Shown here one piece after another: positions 1-14,900 of a stretch of DNA of 64,000 nt; position 1 is the stretch's first letter, and the number at the start of each line of letters is the position of its first letter. Both the position numbers and the translations under genes were made by a program. The notes below the pieces were generated by a model. That model worked only from the letters and a program-made list of their open reading frames with translations, made no database searches and was not told the DNA's origin. This DNA comes from Azolla caroliniana (taxonomy: Eukaryota; Plantae; Polypodiophyta): NCBI GenBank assembly GCA_043228905.1, contig JBHGNT010000012.1:15562001-15626000 (forward strand). Reading direction: 5' to 3'.

Positions 1-300
1 CGTAATAGTGTAGAGAGAGAGAGAGAGAAAGAGGTCGTTGCCTCTATTGTAACCGCCGCGTGTGGCGAAGATCTGTGAGCACGAGGTCGTTGCCTCAGTG
101 AACTCACTGTTGTACATTCTCACATAGTGACAGTTTGCAGCCTGTGGGCTGCCGTGGTTTTTCCCTCTTTGGGTTTTCCACGTAAACCTCCTGTGTATCT
201 TCCTCTCCTTTGTGTTGTGTTTTATTTCCCGTTTTCTGTGTATCATTCTACGCTCGGTTGTGGCCGAGCGTCGCGCATAAGGAACGTCGGGTTCCTGTCA
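1..300 (+). mobile_element. 3' part of a Copia-family LTR (same family as 48530-49172 and 61623-62175), abutting and probably inserted into the LINE
   Basis: Aligns by eye with the reverse complement of 48530-48830 (gaggtcgttgcctc, gtgacagtttgcagcctgtgggctgccgtgg, ctcggttgtggccgagcgtc). Ends ...CA at 300. No PBS follows. Confidence 0.8.
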
Positions 301-2411
301 TATATCGAGAGACTCTACCATGTCCCGAACCAACCACCTAGATTCCAATGCCTTACACACCCCGACCTAACATGGGGACACTTTTCACGACCTCTAGGGT
401 CAAGAAGGTCATAAAAAAATTACAACATAGGAAATCCATGGACCACACAGAATTGCGAGTTGAGCACATCATATATGCTCGAGAGTGCCTAGCCCCCTTT
501 CTCACTCTAATCTTCAACCGCGCCCTCGCCGAGGGTTTTCCACCACAATGGACCATGAACATAGTGGCCCCAATACATAAAGGAGGGGACCCAATGGACC
601 TAAATACATATAGGACCATTATGATAGGTCATATGCTCGCTAAACTATATGGTGTAGTAATGGAAGCGGAGCTCAGCGATTATATGGAAACATTAAGTCT
701 TTGAACACCTGAGCAAGTTGGCTTTAGACGAGCCTTCTCTAGTATTGACCATATCTTCACACTTAGGTGCTTAATTGACCAAACAAAGGCTCGTAAGAAG
801 AAATTATATTGTTGATTTGTGGACTTCGGCAAAGCCTTTGACAATTCCCAGGGAGAAGTTGTTTGATAGACTTAAGAGCTTGGAGATACCAAATGACATG
901 ATCTGGGCCATTTATGCCCTATATCAACAAGTCTCTGGGTGCGTAAGATGCCCAAGTGGCCTATCCGATTGTTGGTTGCCCCCTATCACCGACTCTTTTT
1001 GGGATCTACATTGATAAGATCACTGATTTTATTGCTCGTAAGGGAGGCAAGGGAGTAGCTATTAGGGATACGCAAGTTGGTCTCTTACTCTACGCAGACG
1101 ACATTGTCTTGCTCTCGGAGTCGGAACACGACCTACAAAAGCATCTTAATGCCCTAGATGACTTTTGTACACTACGAGGACTAGTAGTGAATCTAGTGAA
1201 AACTAAAGTCCTTATCTTTCATACATCGTCCCGAGTTAGGAATAAATGTCACCTAATCCTCTCTCATAAACTAGTTGAGGTAGTTGGATCATATGTATAC
1301 TTGGGAGTCACTTTTAGTGCTTGCTCAGGTAAATTCTTGATGACCCAGGCAGCCAAAGATAGGCTAACGAGAGGGTATGCATCCCTCTCACTCTTAGAGA
1401 GACAATCCACCAAGCATACTTTCAAGAGCCACGGACTAAGGGATGGCTCTTCGACTCATTAGTGACCCCTTCCCTCATGTATGCATCAGTAGTATGGGCT
1501 CTAGGTCTACCATCTTTCATGTGGACACAATTAGCCAACCACAAGATAGGTTTTATTACACGACCAAGATATCTAGATACATTCTTATCAAATGCACTAA
1601 GGGTGGCCATTGGACAACTTAGGATATCATCTCACCAACTTGAGATTGAGAATGGTCGGGCTAATAGAGTTCCTAGGGAGGAAAGGCTATGTAGGTTGTG
1701 CCACATAGAGATAGAGGATGAGTGTCACTTCACATGCAAGTGCCCAACTTATGCCGAGATACGAGTGGAATACCAAGACATATTAGTACCCTCTCCCACC
1801 CTCTCCAAACTATTAGATACCCTGGATGTAAAGAGACTAGGTAGGTATATCTTAGAGCTAAAACAACATAGGGAGAATAAATTACAAAGTGTTAACCATA
1901 ACCCTTTTACTATTCATCAACTTGTAACTAGTGTAATTTTTCAGGAACAAGGGGAGACGATGAATGTGGATACACTTACGCTGCTCGGCCTCTCTCTTGA
2001 GGAATCCGAAATGCAAAAAACAACCAAACGCCCTCAGATGTTGGGCTTCAAAACAAGTCGACACGGAGTAGAAAGGATTAAGAAGGTAAGGGAACATGAG
2101 CTACGTCGACTAGAAGCTATGGTTGGGGTACCTTTTACATTGGGGCCACGGGCCACATCCACATCGAAACCCTTTGACCTTCCGCTTCTCTTCGAGAGAC
2201 TTGGATGGAAATGAAATTAAGTCTAGTATAACATCATTATCATTGTAGAACATGTTTGTTATTTTATTAGAACTATTTAGCTTAAAACTCTATTTTTATT
2301 TTTATTTTTTACTTTCGATGAATAGGTAAATATCCCATTTTTTGTTGTGCACCATTTGTCTCATGGGCCAATTTTGGCCTTAGAAGACGTTAATATATCT
2401 TTCTTTCTTTC
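301..2411 (+). mobile_element. Degenerate non-LTR retrotransposon (LINE, RTE-X-like) ORF2: reverse transcriptase plus C-terminal CCHC zinc finger, 3' UTR and (TTTC)n tail
   Basis: ORF fragments 348-704, 775-1014, 956-1462 and 1462-2214 carry PIHKGGD..YRTI, QVGFR, FVDFGKAFD, GCPLSPTLF, LLYADDIVLL, YVYLGV and LRISSHQLEIENGR..CRLC..EDECHF..CPTY. Stops and frameshifts present. Ends in a tttc microsatellite near 2400-2411. Confidence 0.85.
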
Positions 2412-2649
2412 TGTCTTACATAGTTACAGAGGCCACTACCTTCTTGTACCTCACAACCTAAACATACAACAATGTTCTACCTCTCTTTCCTAAAGTTTGC
2501 CCTAGTTGTATTTATACTTATACAACTTTATGGCTATTTACATGCATAGCCCTCATGGGGCGCATTTCGACTATTTACAAATATAGTATCCCAAGTTACT
2601 CATCAACTCAGCTCTTCTCTTTCCATCCGGAGGGACCTGTTTCCCAACA
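2412..2649 (-). mobile_element. 5' portion of a Copia-family LTR (related to 48530-49172)
   Basis: Ends ccatccggagggacctgtttcccaaca, matching the terminus at 49146-49172 (TGTTGGGA on the minus strand). Also shares cctaaagtttgccctag..tatttatact. Confidence 0.65.
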
Positions 2650-5600
2650 GAAATATGGGGTGGTGGATCTCTAATTTCACTTGGAAACTATTTGGAAATG
2701 TCCAAAAAGCACATTCTTTTTTAGTTTTGAATCACTTCCCATTGAGGTAACATGTGTCATATCACTTCACACCTACTTCCTAGAATTGCATAGAAAGCAA
2801 GTTTAAATATTCATAAGAATAGAAAGAAAAGTAAAAAAATTCCTAAGACATGCAAAAACAAAATTTTGAGATTGAAATGGATGGATGTCATGTGGAAATG
2901 GTTTGGAAAACGGTATTTATTACTTTTGTCGCATGATGCATTAATATATTCCTTAGTGAACGAGGCTCTTCTAACCATTTTATCACGTTTTGGTACAGAT
3001 GAGGAGGCCCATGTTCAATGCATTAGATTACATATATTGCACCAAACTTAAAAACAATCCTTTTCTCCAAATTGTGAGCCCGCACTCACATATTCATGTG
3101 AGACCATCCTTTTGTCGTCCATTGACACCATTGTTTCCACATAACTAAGATCACCTTCTCCTCGATATCAAATGGTGCATATTTTTATTTGAATGAGTTA
3201 GAGAATCTAAGTATAACAAATTGATATAGTATTCTACCTTTCCATGAATTGTCAATCAAGTTCAGCACATATACATATTCATCTCACAATTACAATATGC
3301 ACTCTAAATTGCAACATTCTTTGGTAAAAGTCTTGAATATCAAGAGTTGCTACTCAATTCCAAACTCACTATGTGTAATTACTTCACTTTTGGTGTTATA
3401 GGTCATGCTTCACCTTAGATGACAATAATAAAATCTTTCTCTCTCTCACACACACAACATACAAATGTTGGAGCTCCCTATAGTGGGATGGCAAATTGAT
3501 AACAATCCACATAGACTCCAAGCTTAGTAAATTATATTTAATCAATTTTGTATTAGCCCTCTTTATGTGGTGGGTTGTTCCTTATATAATATCATGCCAC
3601 AACACCTTCGTGACTATTACTCTTATCTTCTCTATGTACACGTCAAGGATTCACTATACCTCCAGTCTCTTTTATTCCCTTTTCTTTCACACTTCTTGTT
3701 CTTTCTCTCCATGAGTGAGCCTCTCATGATTGTGATGTGAGTGCTCTATACAAGTTATCGTGCTTTGAAACAAACTATGTTGAAATCCTTGAGGAGAAAA
3801 CATTGACAAAATGTTTATCACTTTGTTTTAAGGAATATTCCTACATGTCCCTCAAGTCTTCCTTTATCCTTCCTAAGAGTCAATTCCTTCAATGCCATAA
3901 AAAAACTATATTTCAGAGTTGCCTAGAAGCAATAGCAAAATACCTGTGCTTTAACATTTGAAGCACAAGTATGCAATACAGAATGTTTGTTTTCCACATC
4001 TAATAAAAACAAGATTACTCATTAAGATTTATGCTTGAATGATGAAATCTCCATGTAGGGTAATAACTTTGTATAGTATGTAGCAAGGGATGTAATGTGT
4101 TTTTTTAAATGCATTGAAATGGTTTTAATTCGATGGTGTTTTATGAAACCCTAATGCAATGTTGGGAAATTTTGATCCATAACACCATATTGGCATACAT
4201 ATTTTATCTCATAAGATAGAAAGTGGAAGAGTAGGGAGCTAAGAGTAAACATGTAAAGGAAAGATACCCAAATGGGTGGGAATATTTAATTCTTTTATAA
4301 GAAAAGCAGCACCCATTGAAACATCGGTGTCAAGACATGGTATGATTAACACAATGTCAAACATTGCCTCTTATTTGTAAATGTATTGACGAGTTAAGAA
4401 AATAACAGTATAATAAGATAGAATCTCATATTATAACTATATCAAGAGCTTCTTAACGAAAATGTTAATGACGACCACGATTGCTTGGTCAAAATAATCA
4501 TAGAATATGAAACATGCATGTTTTTATAAACAAAAACAAAAACATTGTTGAACAAAAAAGGTCAACCATTTTTATGATAAAAACATCCAGAATCATTTTT
4601 AATAACAATACCTAACTACTGAGTTTGTCTTTAAATAGTGGGTTTACAATAACTTTTCAAACTATGGTGTTCTCGAAACAACGTGTGAATTAGAAAGCTC
4701 AGTTTCTTTACAAAAACATTTACGTTAATAAAAAGTTATGACAAACGTTTCCCTCATAAAAGTATAAGCAATACAATAGCACTTCAAACTCACTTCTCGA
4801 GTTACTTTTAATTATGTTAACATTCCCCGATATAAAATTCTCTTATATGAGAAAACAAGTTGTCCTAAAATATAGGCTTCAAAAACTTTTCAATTCAGAG
4901 TTCCCAAAACCGTGTGACTACTTACCTCGAGGAACACTAAGAAAAACATTTATGTTGGTAACATGGAATTTGTTAAGAAACGCATATGTTTGTAATTTAA
5001 TCCGAAAAGTCAAAAACTAGCTTTTTCTTTTGTTATCCTTAAAATATAACAATAATTGAATTTGGGAAGAAAACAAGCAGTGCGTGTTTGGAGAAATATC
5101 AAAAATAGCCCACACATAATCGTCAACTACAAAAATAATATTATTGTTACTATCCATTGGGCTCCTAAGGGAATAATGTCGATGAAGTAAAGCTCCCATA
5201 TTGCATGTATCTTTCTAGGTAAACAACGGAAAAATTGTAGCTTCGACAATGTGGTAAGATTGATAGAGTAGGACTTGTCATGTTGTATTTCCTTTCAGGA
5301 AGGAACACACAAGAGGGAAAAAACTAATAAAAGCATCCCTAATTCAATCGTGAGGAAATTTATATCGGAAATACACCTTTGGGGGTAGTGTCTGGGCCGA
5401 TAGTGTCGAATAGCATCACGATGACCTTAGACCATATAGACCAAAATTAGTAAATGAGAGAATATTGAGAATGCCCCCTAGTATATGTCGTCTCGAGGAG
5501 GTTAGGCCAAAAGTGCTAGCGTTGACGTTAGTTCTACATGTGTGGAAAGTATTTTTAAATATATCGGAAATACCCCTCCTATATTGCGTCGCGTAAAATC

Positions 5601-5977
5601 ACATCGGACCAAACGTGTCGCGTGGGGGTAGCGTGGGGGTAGCATCACAAATTATATAACCTTTCATTAACCTTTTTCAAGTAATCAAATGCTTCATATG
5701 GAAATTATAATAGAAAAGCAATGAACTGGTCGGCATAAGTGGTCATTATATAAGAACCAGGAGCATAAGTGTGAACCTTGCACCCTTGCTAATCAAGCTT
5801 CATCCCCCACTCATCAATCTTAAACATTAAGCCATTTAAATCACCCATCATTAGGGTACTCCATCATTAAGCTGCCTAATTAATTACCCCTTGTTAACCC
5901 CCGATCGCGTGCTAATAGCATCCCCGGATCGCTCTCGGTAAGCACCTTGGACCGAATCACATCGCTTCATTCGCACC

Positions 5978-8900
5978 ATGGACACGATCGCGATCGGGCT
6001 CTCGGGATTATATGCGAGTTACGCATGGGATGTGGCGTGGGTGGCAATGGTCGTGGCGGTCGCTTGTGTGTTATGGTGGGTTGCGGTGCACAGGTGGCGC
6101 CAGCGTGGCAGCCGGGATCCGATGACATGGCCCGTGCTCGGGGCTCAGCTCGAGGTGGCGGCCAATGCCGGGAGGATCCACGACTGGTGCCTCAGGTACC
6201 TCGGGGAACAACACCGTACCTTCACGCTCCGCCTCCTCGGGGGGGCTACACTCCATCTCACCGTGGACCCCGACAACCTCCAACACATGCTCAAGACCAA
6301 TTTCCACAACTACCCCAAGGTAATAATAACCAACACAAAAGCAAGAAACCATGAAAATGCTTCTACAAATGGTACTTATGTGCTTAAGACAGTAGGAAGT
6401 TCTAACTAGTGTCCAAACAAAGTAGTAGTAGAAGCATTAGGACTAGAACTAGAACTAGTAGGAGTGTTCTTGATTAGTGGTATACTCTAGGACTAGAACT
6501 AGTAGGAGTGTTCTTGATTAGTGGTATACTCTAGGACTAGAACTAGTCGGAGTGTTCTTGATTAGTGATATACTCTAGGAATTGAACTAGTGGGAGTGTT
6601 CTTGATTAGTGGTATACTCTAGGACTAGAACTAGTGGGAGTGTTCTTGATTAGCAGTATACTCTAGGACTAGAACTAGTAGGAGTGTTCTTGATTAGTAG
6701 TAAACTCTAGGACTAGAACTAATACGAGTGTTCATGATTAGTAGTATACTTAAAGGTTGTGATGCACTAAATGAAGGTAGTGTGTTTCTTTGTAAGTCGT
6801 AACTTATACATTTAAGTCACAATGCCCTTAGTATTTAAATTGTAACCATCACTAGTCTACCCAAGCTGTATCGTTAGGTTAGGTACCGATGCCATTAGCC
6901 ATTCCCCGCATTAATGCCACTAATATTAGTTAAGCATGAATCATTGCCATTGTCCGTCGTATTATGTGTTCCCTAATATTGACTTTAGTAGCCTTCTAAT
7001 TTTGCGGCTTGATAATCTCTTTCCTTGTCTTGAGAATTCATACATAGCTTTTTGCACTTTGGATAGTGTCATTGACATTATACCTTGCCTTATTAGCTAT
7101 GCATTTTTGTCATTCATCAATTCATAAACTTTTGGTCTTTAATTATGATCTAGAGTTTCCGCATCAACCAAATCTTTCCAAGTGTGTCTCTATCCATAAG
7201 GTTCGAGGTATCGATCTTTTATTATATCCGAAAATCAAACTTAGTGTATTTCCCCTAAATACCATCATTTGACTCTAATTTGATCGTACTCATTTCACTC
7301 CATTCATAATTGGTGTGTTTTTTAACTCCTTAATCAATCATTGATGAAATGGTTGTGTTTATCTCTTTCTTCAATCATTCCTTTTTAATTATAGGCTAAT
7401 TGATTATGTTTGAATTCTTAATCATTGATTTTCTAAAAAAATCTATCCTTAGCCTATCCTTCATTGTCAATCTTAGTTGAACATCCACCATCTCTTTGAT
7501 GTCACCTAACTATCTCATTTACTCTATAATTCATCTTCATTTAAGAGAGTAATCCAGATTTCTTAAGCACTCCATTCCTTTATCCATCTTCATCTATTTG
7601 CTTAATCAATCATCACTTGACTTGTCCATACCCGCTAATTTGTAGTTGTTTACTTGTTAAGTGTACCATACTAGTTTAGTTCCTTACCTTCTAATTCATG
7701 TTGCTTCCATTAAGCATCAATCCTAATTTACATACTAGTTTAGCTCCTTATCTACTAAACCATGCTGTTTAAATTAATAAGGTGTCACCTTCTCTTATTA
7801 AGTCATGATCAACCAGCTCCTTTGGCATGATTTCTTGCAAATTATATGAGTTCATTTACTAGATGTCAAGATATTGTATAGAAAGATGCCTATCGATGCC
7901 TGCATCTAGCATTGAAACTGTTTTCAATGAATATCTCGCCTCATTAAAGTTTCTAGAAAAAACAAAATGATATAGAAATAAGCCCATACCATGCATAGTT
8001 CATACATGTTTCGTGCCCATACAAGTAAGGCTTATAAAATTCCCTTCAAAAATGAAGGAAGCACCTAACATTGTGGTCATTGCGTACACTAGGTTCCTCG
8101 TGTACATTGATGCTTTTGCACAAGGATCCCAACAATCTAGTATTCATGAACAATCTAGTACTTATGAAGGAGTCTCGTGTACCAAAAACATTTTCTCAAT
8201 GATGAGAGCTATATACTAATGGTTGAGAGGATAACACATGTTTTGTGTATAAGCTTCCTTGTATAGTCTCCTTGTAATAATCCTTCCTAAGTAATGGGAA
8301 AGTAGCTTCATTTTGGAAAAAAAACATATTTCATGCATGCATTTGCTACTACAATTGCCACACATAGCAACCTCTACATTGGTGGGGCCAATATAGAATT
8401 AGCTAATTTTAGAATTGGGCAAATTATTTATTTGCTGATAAATGCATTTTGTCTCGTTGTGTTAGTCAATCAATCCTATACAATTCAAATCTTAAAAGAG
8501 TTAGGTTGGAGTCTCAACTGTCACATTGTAGAAACTATAGTCATTGTTTTATCTTTAGTGTGTAATTGCCTTCACGCACACGGATATGAAATGACAAATT
8601 TTCATTCTCTTTTTCGTTAATCTCTATGTGAAGGTAAGCATTAAGGTAGTCCCAACATTATATTTGTAAGTTTTACTAAGGCTTAGTTAGGAAGCAACTT
8701 ATAAACCCTATCCGTGAAACATAGAAAAAGAGTTAGGGCGTGGGCATAGAGAGATACAAGTATATATTGGATAGTTAGAAGTAGGGTCATAGCTCATTCT
8801 GTGTGGTTTTACGTTAAAAATGGAAGTTTTGAGGCACAATTTTGAAGGCTTAAGGCAGAGAAACATTGAAAAGTTCCATATTGCTCACTTGTGAATTTTA

Positions 8901-11900
8901 ATGTAATAAAACAATTTTAAGAATTAATAAGGCTCCCATTATTTAACATAGAACAAGATATTGTATTTATGCACTAACCTTATATTGCCATTGTAGTGTG
9001 AATCCAAACCTTTATGTTTTGATGAAACATGATCAAACCTTAGTATTTTATGAATCCCTTTTGGTTGATGAAATGTGATTATAATCTTAATATCATTTTT
9101 GTGCCAAAATGTGAAACTATCATTACACTCCTTTCTTGCCACTAGAATGTGAATATAACCATATCTTTTTTTGCTACATTGTAGTATGCATTCAATTTTG
9201 AATTATTGTGGGGGCAATAATCATTTTCAACAATGTTACATTGTTGTAGTGTGAGCCGAACATTGATGTGTTGTGCATTGTATTCAATTAATGACATCCA
9301 ACCTTAGGGTAGTTTACTAGTTTGATGTGAGTGAGTCGTTTTTCTGTGTATTATAAATGTAGTCTTAAGTTTAGGCTTGATATTTCTTAGACACTAATTA
9401 TTTACTCCTAAGCCAACTAATATGTCTTACGTTAGTCTTTTGAAGTTGATAGTTACATATATATATATATATATATATATATCTTTATTTAAATTTGCAT
9501 TAACTATAAATAACCAAATGAATCCTTCCACCTAAATAGTTACATAAAGTAATCCATTTTCAAGACACCTTAGTCAATTCAACAATTCTTTGATTTATGC
9601 TATTTGATCCTAATATTACATAATTGATTATTAGATTCCTAAATTCTCATCTCTTGAATTAATTTTATTGATTTTTAGAACTTGTACATGATAAGGGGAC
9701 AATCTATTTCTTTCTTTCTAACATCCGGTTATAAGTAACTTAATTGCCAAGAACTTCCTATTTCCTTATAAACTGGGCCATATCATTTTGCTATGAGTCA
9801 TTATGCCACACAAAATACATGTGAGATGGACTATATATTACCATTATGTAATAATAAGTGTAAGTTGTAGTCATTGTAAGTTTTGTTTGTTTATTTAGGG
9901 GGAGCGAGTACAATCACTCCTTCACGATTTCTTGGGGACCGGCATCTTCAACTCCGACGGTGACACATGGAAGAAGCACCGTAAAATAGCCAGTATGGAG
10001 TTCTCCAATAAAAAGTTGCGTGATTTGAGTACTGATGTCTTTCGAAATGATGCCATTCGCCTCCTTTACCAGCTCAACAATGTTGTTGCCCAAAAGCCCG
10101 TGGATCTCCAAGTAAATATATTTTGTATTTTTTAAATTTCTTGTTCTTATATTTATATCCATTATAATGTAGTTTATTTGTTGCATATTGTGTTCATGGC
10201 CAACAATTACCATAGAGTCGATTTGTAAATGTGTAAAACAACATTCAAGATATACCTTGAGTGGAACTCACGTGACAAGATAGCATATTTCATATTGATC
10301 CATACCATGAGAAAGAAACACGTGTATACCTTCAAGTGTGGGGATGCAACTAATGCAGATGGCACTATTGAGTCTAGATAAAAAGACCACAAATCCCTAC
10401 TAACCTTATATATATATATATTAAATAGTAGTTTCCAAAGTATGACAACCTCCCTAAACTGAGAGAAGTTGTTTGGGGATACCATCCATGCACAATCTAT
10501 GAGACTCCTCATGGGTGCAACAATGTCCCATTAATTATCAAAGAAAAATGTTCGTTTGTTGAATGGAAACTATAAATCATATTACAAACAAAGGATTTAC
10601 AAATTAATGCAATTTCATATTCAATGATGAAAATGCTTTTAATGCAAGACCCAATGTGGACTAATTTACAAAGCATCAACCTCTTAATTTCATCAAAAAA
10701 GTGAGAGAGAAAAAGGAACTGTCATGGACATATCTTTGGGTGTTATCCAACAATTTATGGTCAACAGTATCATAATGCTAAAACTTTGAGGTGATGGCAA
10801 TGCATGAAGGGTTTCAAATTTCATATATGTTGAAATATGTTGTGTTGATATCCATATAAACATGTGATGCAGTATCATAATGCTAAAACTTTGAGATGAT
10901 GGCAATGCATGAAGGGTTTCAAATTTCATATATGTTGAAATATGTTGTGTTCATATCCATATAAACATGTGATGAATCACTCTTTCAACGTCAACATGAA
11001 ATTTAATGTCTACTCACCATCTCAATAAGATTTATCATGAATCAATAGGGTGACCAAGTTGGTGCACCAATGTAGTGCACATTGACAATCAAGATTATGG
11101 CATCCCGCATGGATTGATGATTACCAAACCCTCTAGTTTCAAAGAGCATCACTAAGTATAGTGTGGTCACATTGATCCAAAGATGCCATGTAATTTGTGA
11201 AGAGAGGGAGCATTTATAGAGTTCATATTATGAAATTAACATTTTTCTTGTGCCAGGATTTGTTAATGCGAATGACAATGGACTCTGTTTGTAAGATTGG
11301 TTTTGGAATGGACATGGGAAGCCTATCCTCGTCACTACCAGAAGTTCCCTTTGGAAAAGCATTTGACATTGTTAATGAGGCAATATACTCAAGGGTCATG
11401 AACCCATTTTGGAAAGTACAAAAAATCCTTGGTATCGGCAAAGAAAAGATTGTGAAAGAAAACATGAAACTTCTAAACACTTTCACATCGGCTGCAATAG
11501 AAGGGAGAAGAAAGGAGATGCGAGAAAATGCCATCCTTTATAAGAATAAGGTATGCTAGATGAAAACCATGTAATATTTAGTGAAAGAAAGAAAAATGGA
11601 TTTCTTGATCTACTTATAATGCATTCAAAAACATATTTGCATAAATTGTTCTTAATCAAACTCTTTATTCGATTATTCTGATTGCACGACAAATTTAAGG
11701 TACTAATTATAAAAAGCAATTCTGGTTAGTTTAGCCTCAAATGCGTGCACATCATTTCACCTCAACCATGGACATGATTTATCCATTTCCAAATAGTTTC
11801 CACACCATGGTAGTAAGAGATGAGGTATCATATATAAATTGTTTGGTATACCGTATACCCAAGAAAAGTTTACATAATCCCAAGATTTGCTAAAGCCTAG

Positions 11901-14900
11901 TAAATGGTAAAGTATGTTGTTTGCCAAGTTGTGATAGCATTCCAAAACAGTCTCTTATTTCAACTAAAATCAAATTAGTGAATTGTTTGTTCATGAAGAG
12001 ATAATGAACGTGATAAAGATATCGAAACTAACAAGCAAAGGAAATGTATAAATTTATTATGTTGCTAAAATAATCTAGGAAGCCAAAAATTATTGGTAAT
12101 TTAGGGGAAACAATATTAGGATGGTGTTCAAGAAGAGGTGTGGAAGATGTGAAGGTTTTCATTTAGGTTTATATGTTGGTAGGCTTAGTGGTCAAGGATA
12201 TGATAACAAAAAGACCTAGTATTGGCAAATATGTCCAAATATTTATCCATTCATCTAGAAAAACCCATCCTCTTGCCAACTAAACCACCAAAATTGCCTT
12301 CATTATGTATTTTACAATGGCTTGTGCACCTCCACTACTCTAAATCATTATCTACTCCATATATTTTGTGAATGTGATCTATCTTAGTTTGGATGTTAGT
12401 GCATTTCCATGTTTAACTTGTAATCTCCATTTTTGTCATTTAGGAAAGGGCCGACTTATTATCAAGGCTTATGGAATACAATATGGGCAAGGATGGAGCA
12501 TATACTGATCAAGACTTAAGAGATTCCATCTTAAATTTTATGATGGCAGGAAGAGACACCACTGCTATAACCTTGTCATGGTTTATTTATTGTGTTTGTA
12601 AGCACCCTAAGGTAGGGGAGAGGATATATAGAGAGACATTGCAAGTATTAGGTTTGGAAGAGAAATACCATTGTCTTGACTTCGAAGAGGTGGCTAAAAG
12701 GATAACTTATGATGCACTTGGCAATATGCACTATCTGCATGCGGCATTAACCGAAACACTTCGCTTGTATCCTGCAGTGCCAAGGGTAAACTTGCTTAGC
12801 TTTACAATACGTGTAGTTTTAATCTTTCTTAACGTAGACTCAACCCTATCCATGATTTTTAAGCCCTTTGCATGTTTTCACATTGTCGCACATATGTTTA
12901 ACATTAGAAAATATGTTAATGTATGCATATATACTCAATTCGTAGCGTCAATAATGTACATAGACATGTGAGTACTAATAATGCTACTACATTATTGCAC
13001 CAACGTCAATCCATCATTGACATTATTCCAATCTTGTTACAACATCATCCTTTCACAGAATTAATTTGTTTATATAAATTGTGAAATCGACAATATAATA
13101 ACTTCTACAACTTCAGCCCATTCTTGATTGTATATCATGCTAACATATTGTAAATTGAATTGCATTTAATAAGGTAGCCATTTTGAAAATTAGAAGTCAA
13201 TATACACATTTCCACCAAAGAAATATGATAAGGTTTAATTTAGAGGAAGATGGTATACATCTACACAAAGCATCTACCAATGAGAATTCAAAAAGTTTAT
13301 GGCCAAATGGGAATAAACAAGAGATCAAAAGTATTACCTTTGAAACATATAAATTTGTTATCAATGATATTGAAATAGGATGCATGTCTTATGTGACATT
13401 TACATTTGCATGGTCAACCTCTTTCTCTTAGAATCAAAACCAAGAATACAACAAAAATAATATGCCTTCACCATACCATGATTTCTACCATTGAATATGA
13501 GAAGGTTTTGATGTAATGGCGTTATGAAAGCCCAAATTAAAACACTTGAACACTTTCTTGCTGAATGGAATCGAAGCTCATTACACCCAAATAAGAACAT
13601 ATACTCTTAAGTAAATCATTTGGCTTATTATTTGAAAATTGTCAAGCAAAACCTCAAATAGAAATGCTAGCTTATACATTGCATATCTAACAAAATATTT
13701 TACAAACTTGTGATAAATAGGATGGGAAGACAGTGTTGAATGATGATATTTTGCCTGATGGAACCCATGTAAAGAAGGGAGATCAACTTAGCTATGTACC
13801 TTATTGTATGGGTCGGATGGAATTCTTGTGGGGAAAGGATGCATTAACATACAATCCAGACCGTTGGCTTAAAGATGGTGTATTCCAACCACAGTCTCCA
13901 TTCAAATTCTCAGCATTTCAGGTAAAGAAAATAAAATGCAATGACTAAAGTATTACTAGCCTTGGTTTTACTTTTGCAAACTAAACTTGTATCATGGTTT
14001 GATTACTAAACAATTTCATGTAATATAGTTCACTAGATGTGTATGTGTGTGCTTGCCAATTGTTAATGTTGTTTTGGGTCATTGCCTTTTTAGAATTGAC
14101 CATTGGGCCCCTTGCTCTATTTTCCACACAAGTCCTACATATATCCCATCCCTAATGACAATCAACTTCCTATCCAAATTAGTTACTATAAATATTTTTG
14201 CATTTTGTGCTTTCCAAATAATTCACTAAAAACATGTGTGTGTGTGTGTGTGTGCGTGCGTGTATGATTTTGCATAAATATAAAATTGTAGAACATAAAA
14301 TATTCACTCATTCATAAAACTCAATAAAATATCACAAAGAAAACTCGATAAAACTTCAATTATGAAACGCTATAAATAATAAGTATACTAGAAAGAAATT
14401 AGGATAATGCCCCTGTTATTTATAGCTCAACTAAACAATAGGTGGAGTCCATAAATGATAGCTAGTATGATGCTAAATTCGATTTTATAATATACTTCTG
14501 AATTAGTTTCTCTTAAAGAAGAGATGTAGTGGGCAAATGTTTGAATGATGATCCAAAGATAATTCCATTATTTGAGATAGACATATATGAGTAGTATGCC
14601 ACTACCACACAAATCCTTTAGTTTGAGAATCCTTTAGTTTAAGGGGCCCTTTAATAAAAAATTACAAGTTTAAGACGTGTCAAAATCAAATTGCAACATT
14701 CCTATTAAATAAATTTAAAAAATTGCAACATTCCTTCTAGTTGAAGAAACCTTCACCTAAGAGATTTTGCAGAATTGGTTGTTCAAAAGTATACTACATA
14801 TAGCCCTCAATAACACTAACAAAAGAGAATAGAATCTAGGTTTCACGGAAAGCCCATCCAAAAACATTCACATCACCGTTTGATTTTTTAACTTGAATGT

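Noticed and set aside
2650-5300. Short ORFs in AT-rich DNA
   Set aside because: No recognisable motifs or splice-consistent structure; likely ancient TE debris.
5355-5650. Short repeats (atatcggaaatac, gggggtag, tagcatcac) upstream of the P450 as a defined transposon or cis-element cluster
   Set aside because: No convincing TIR/TSD pair could be fixed; probably a decayed duplication.
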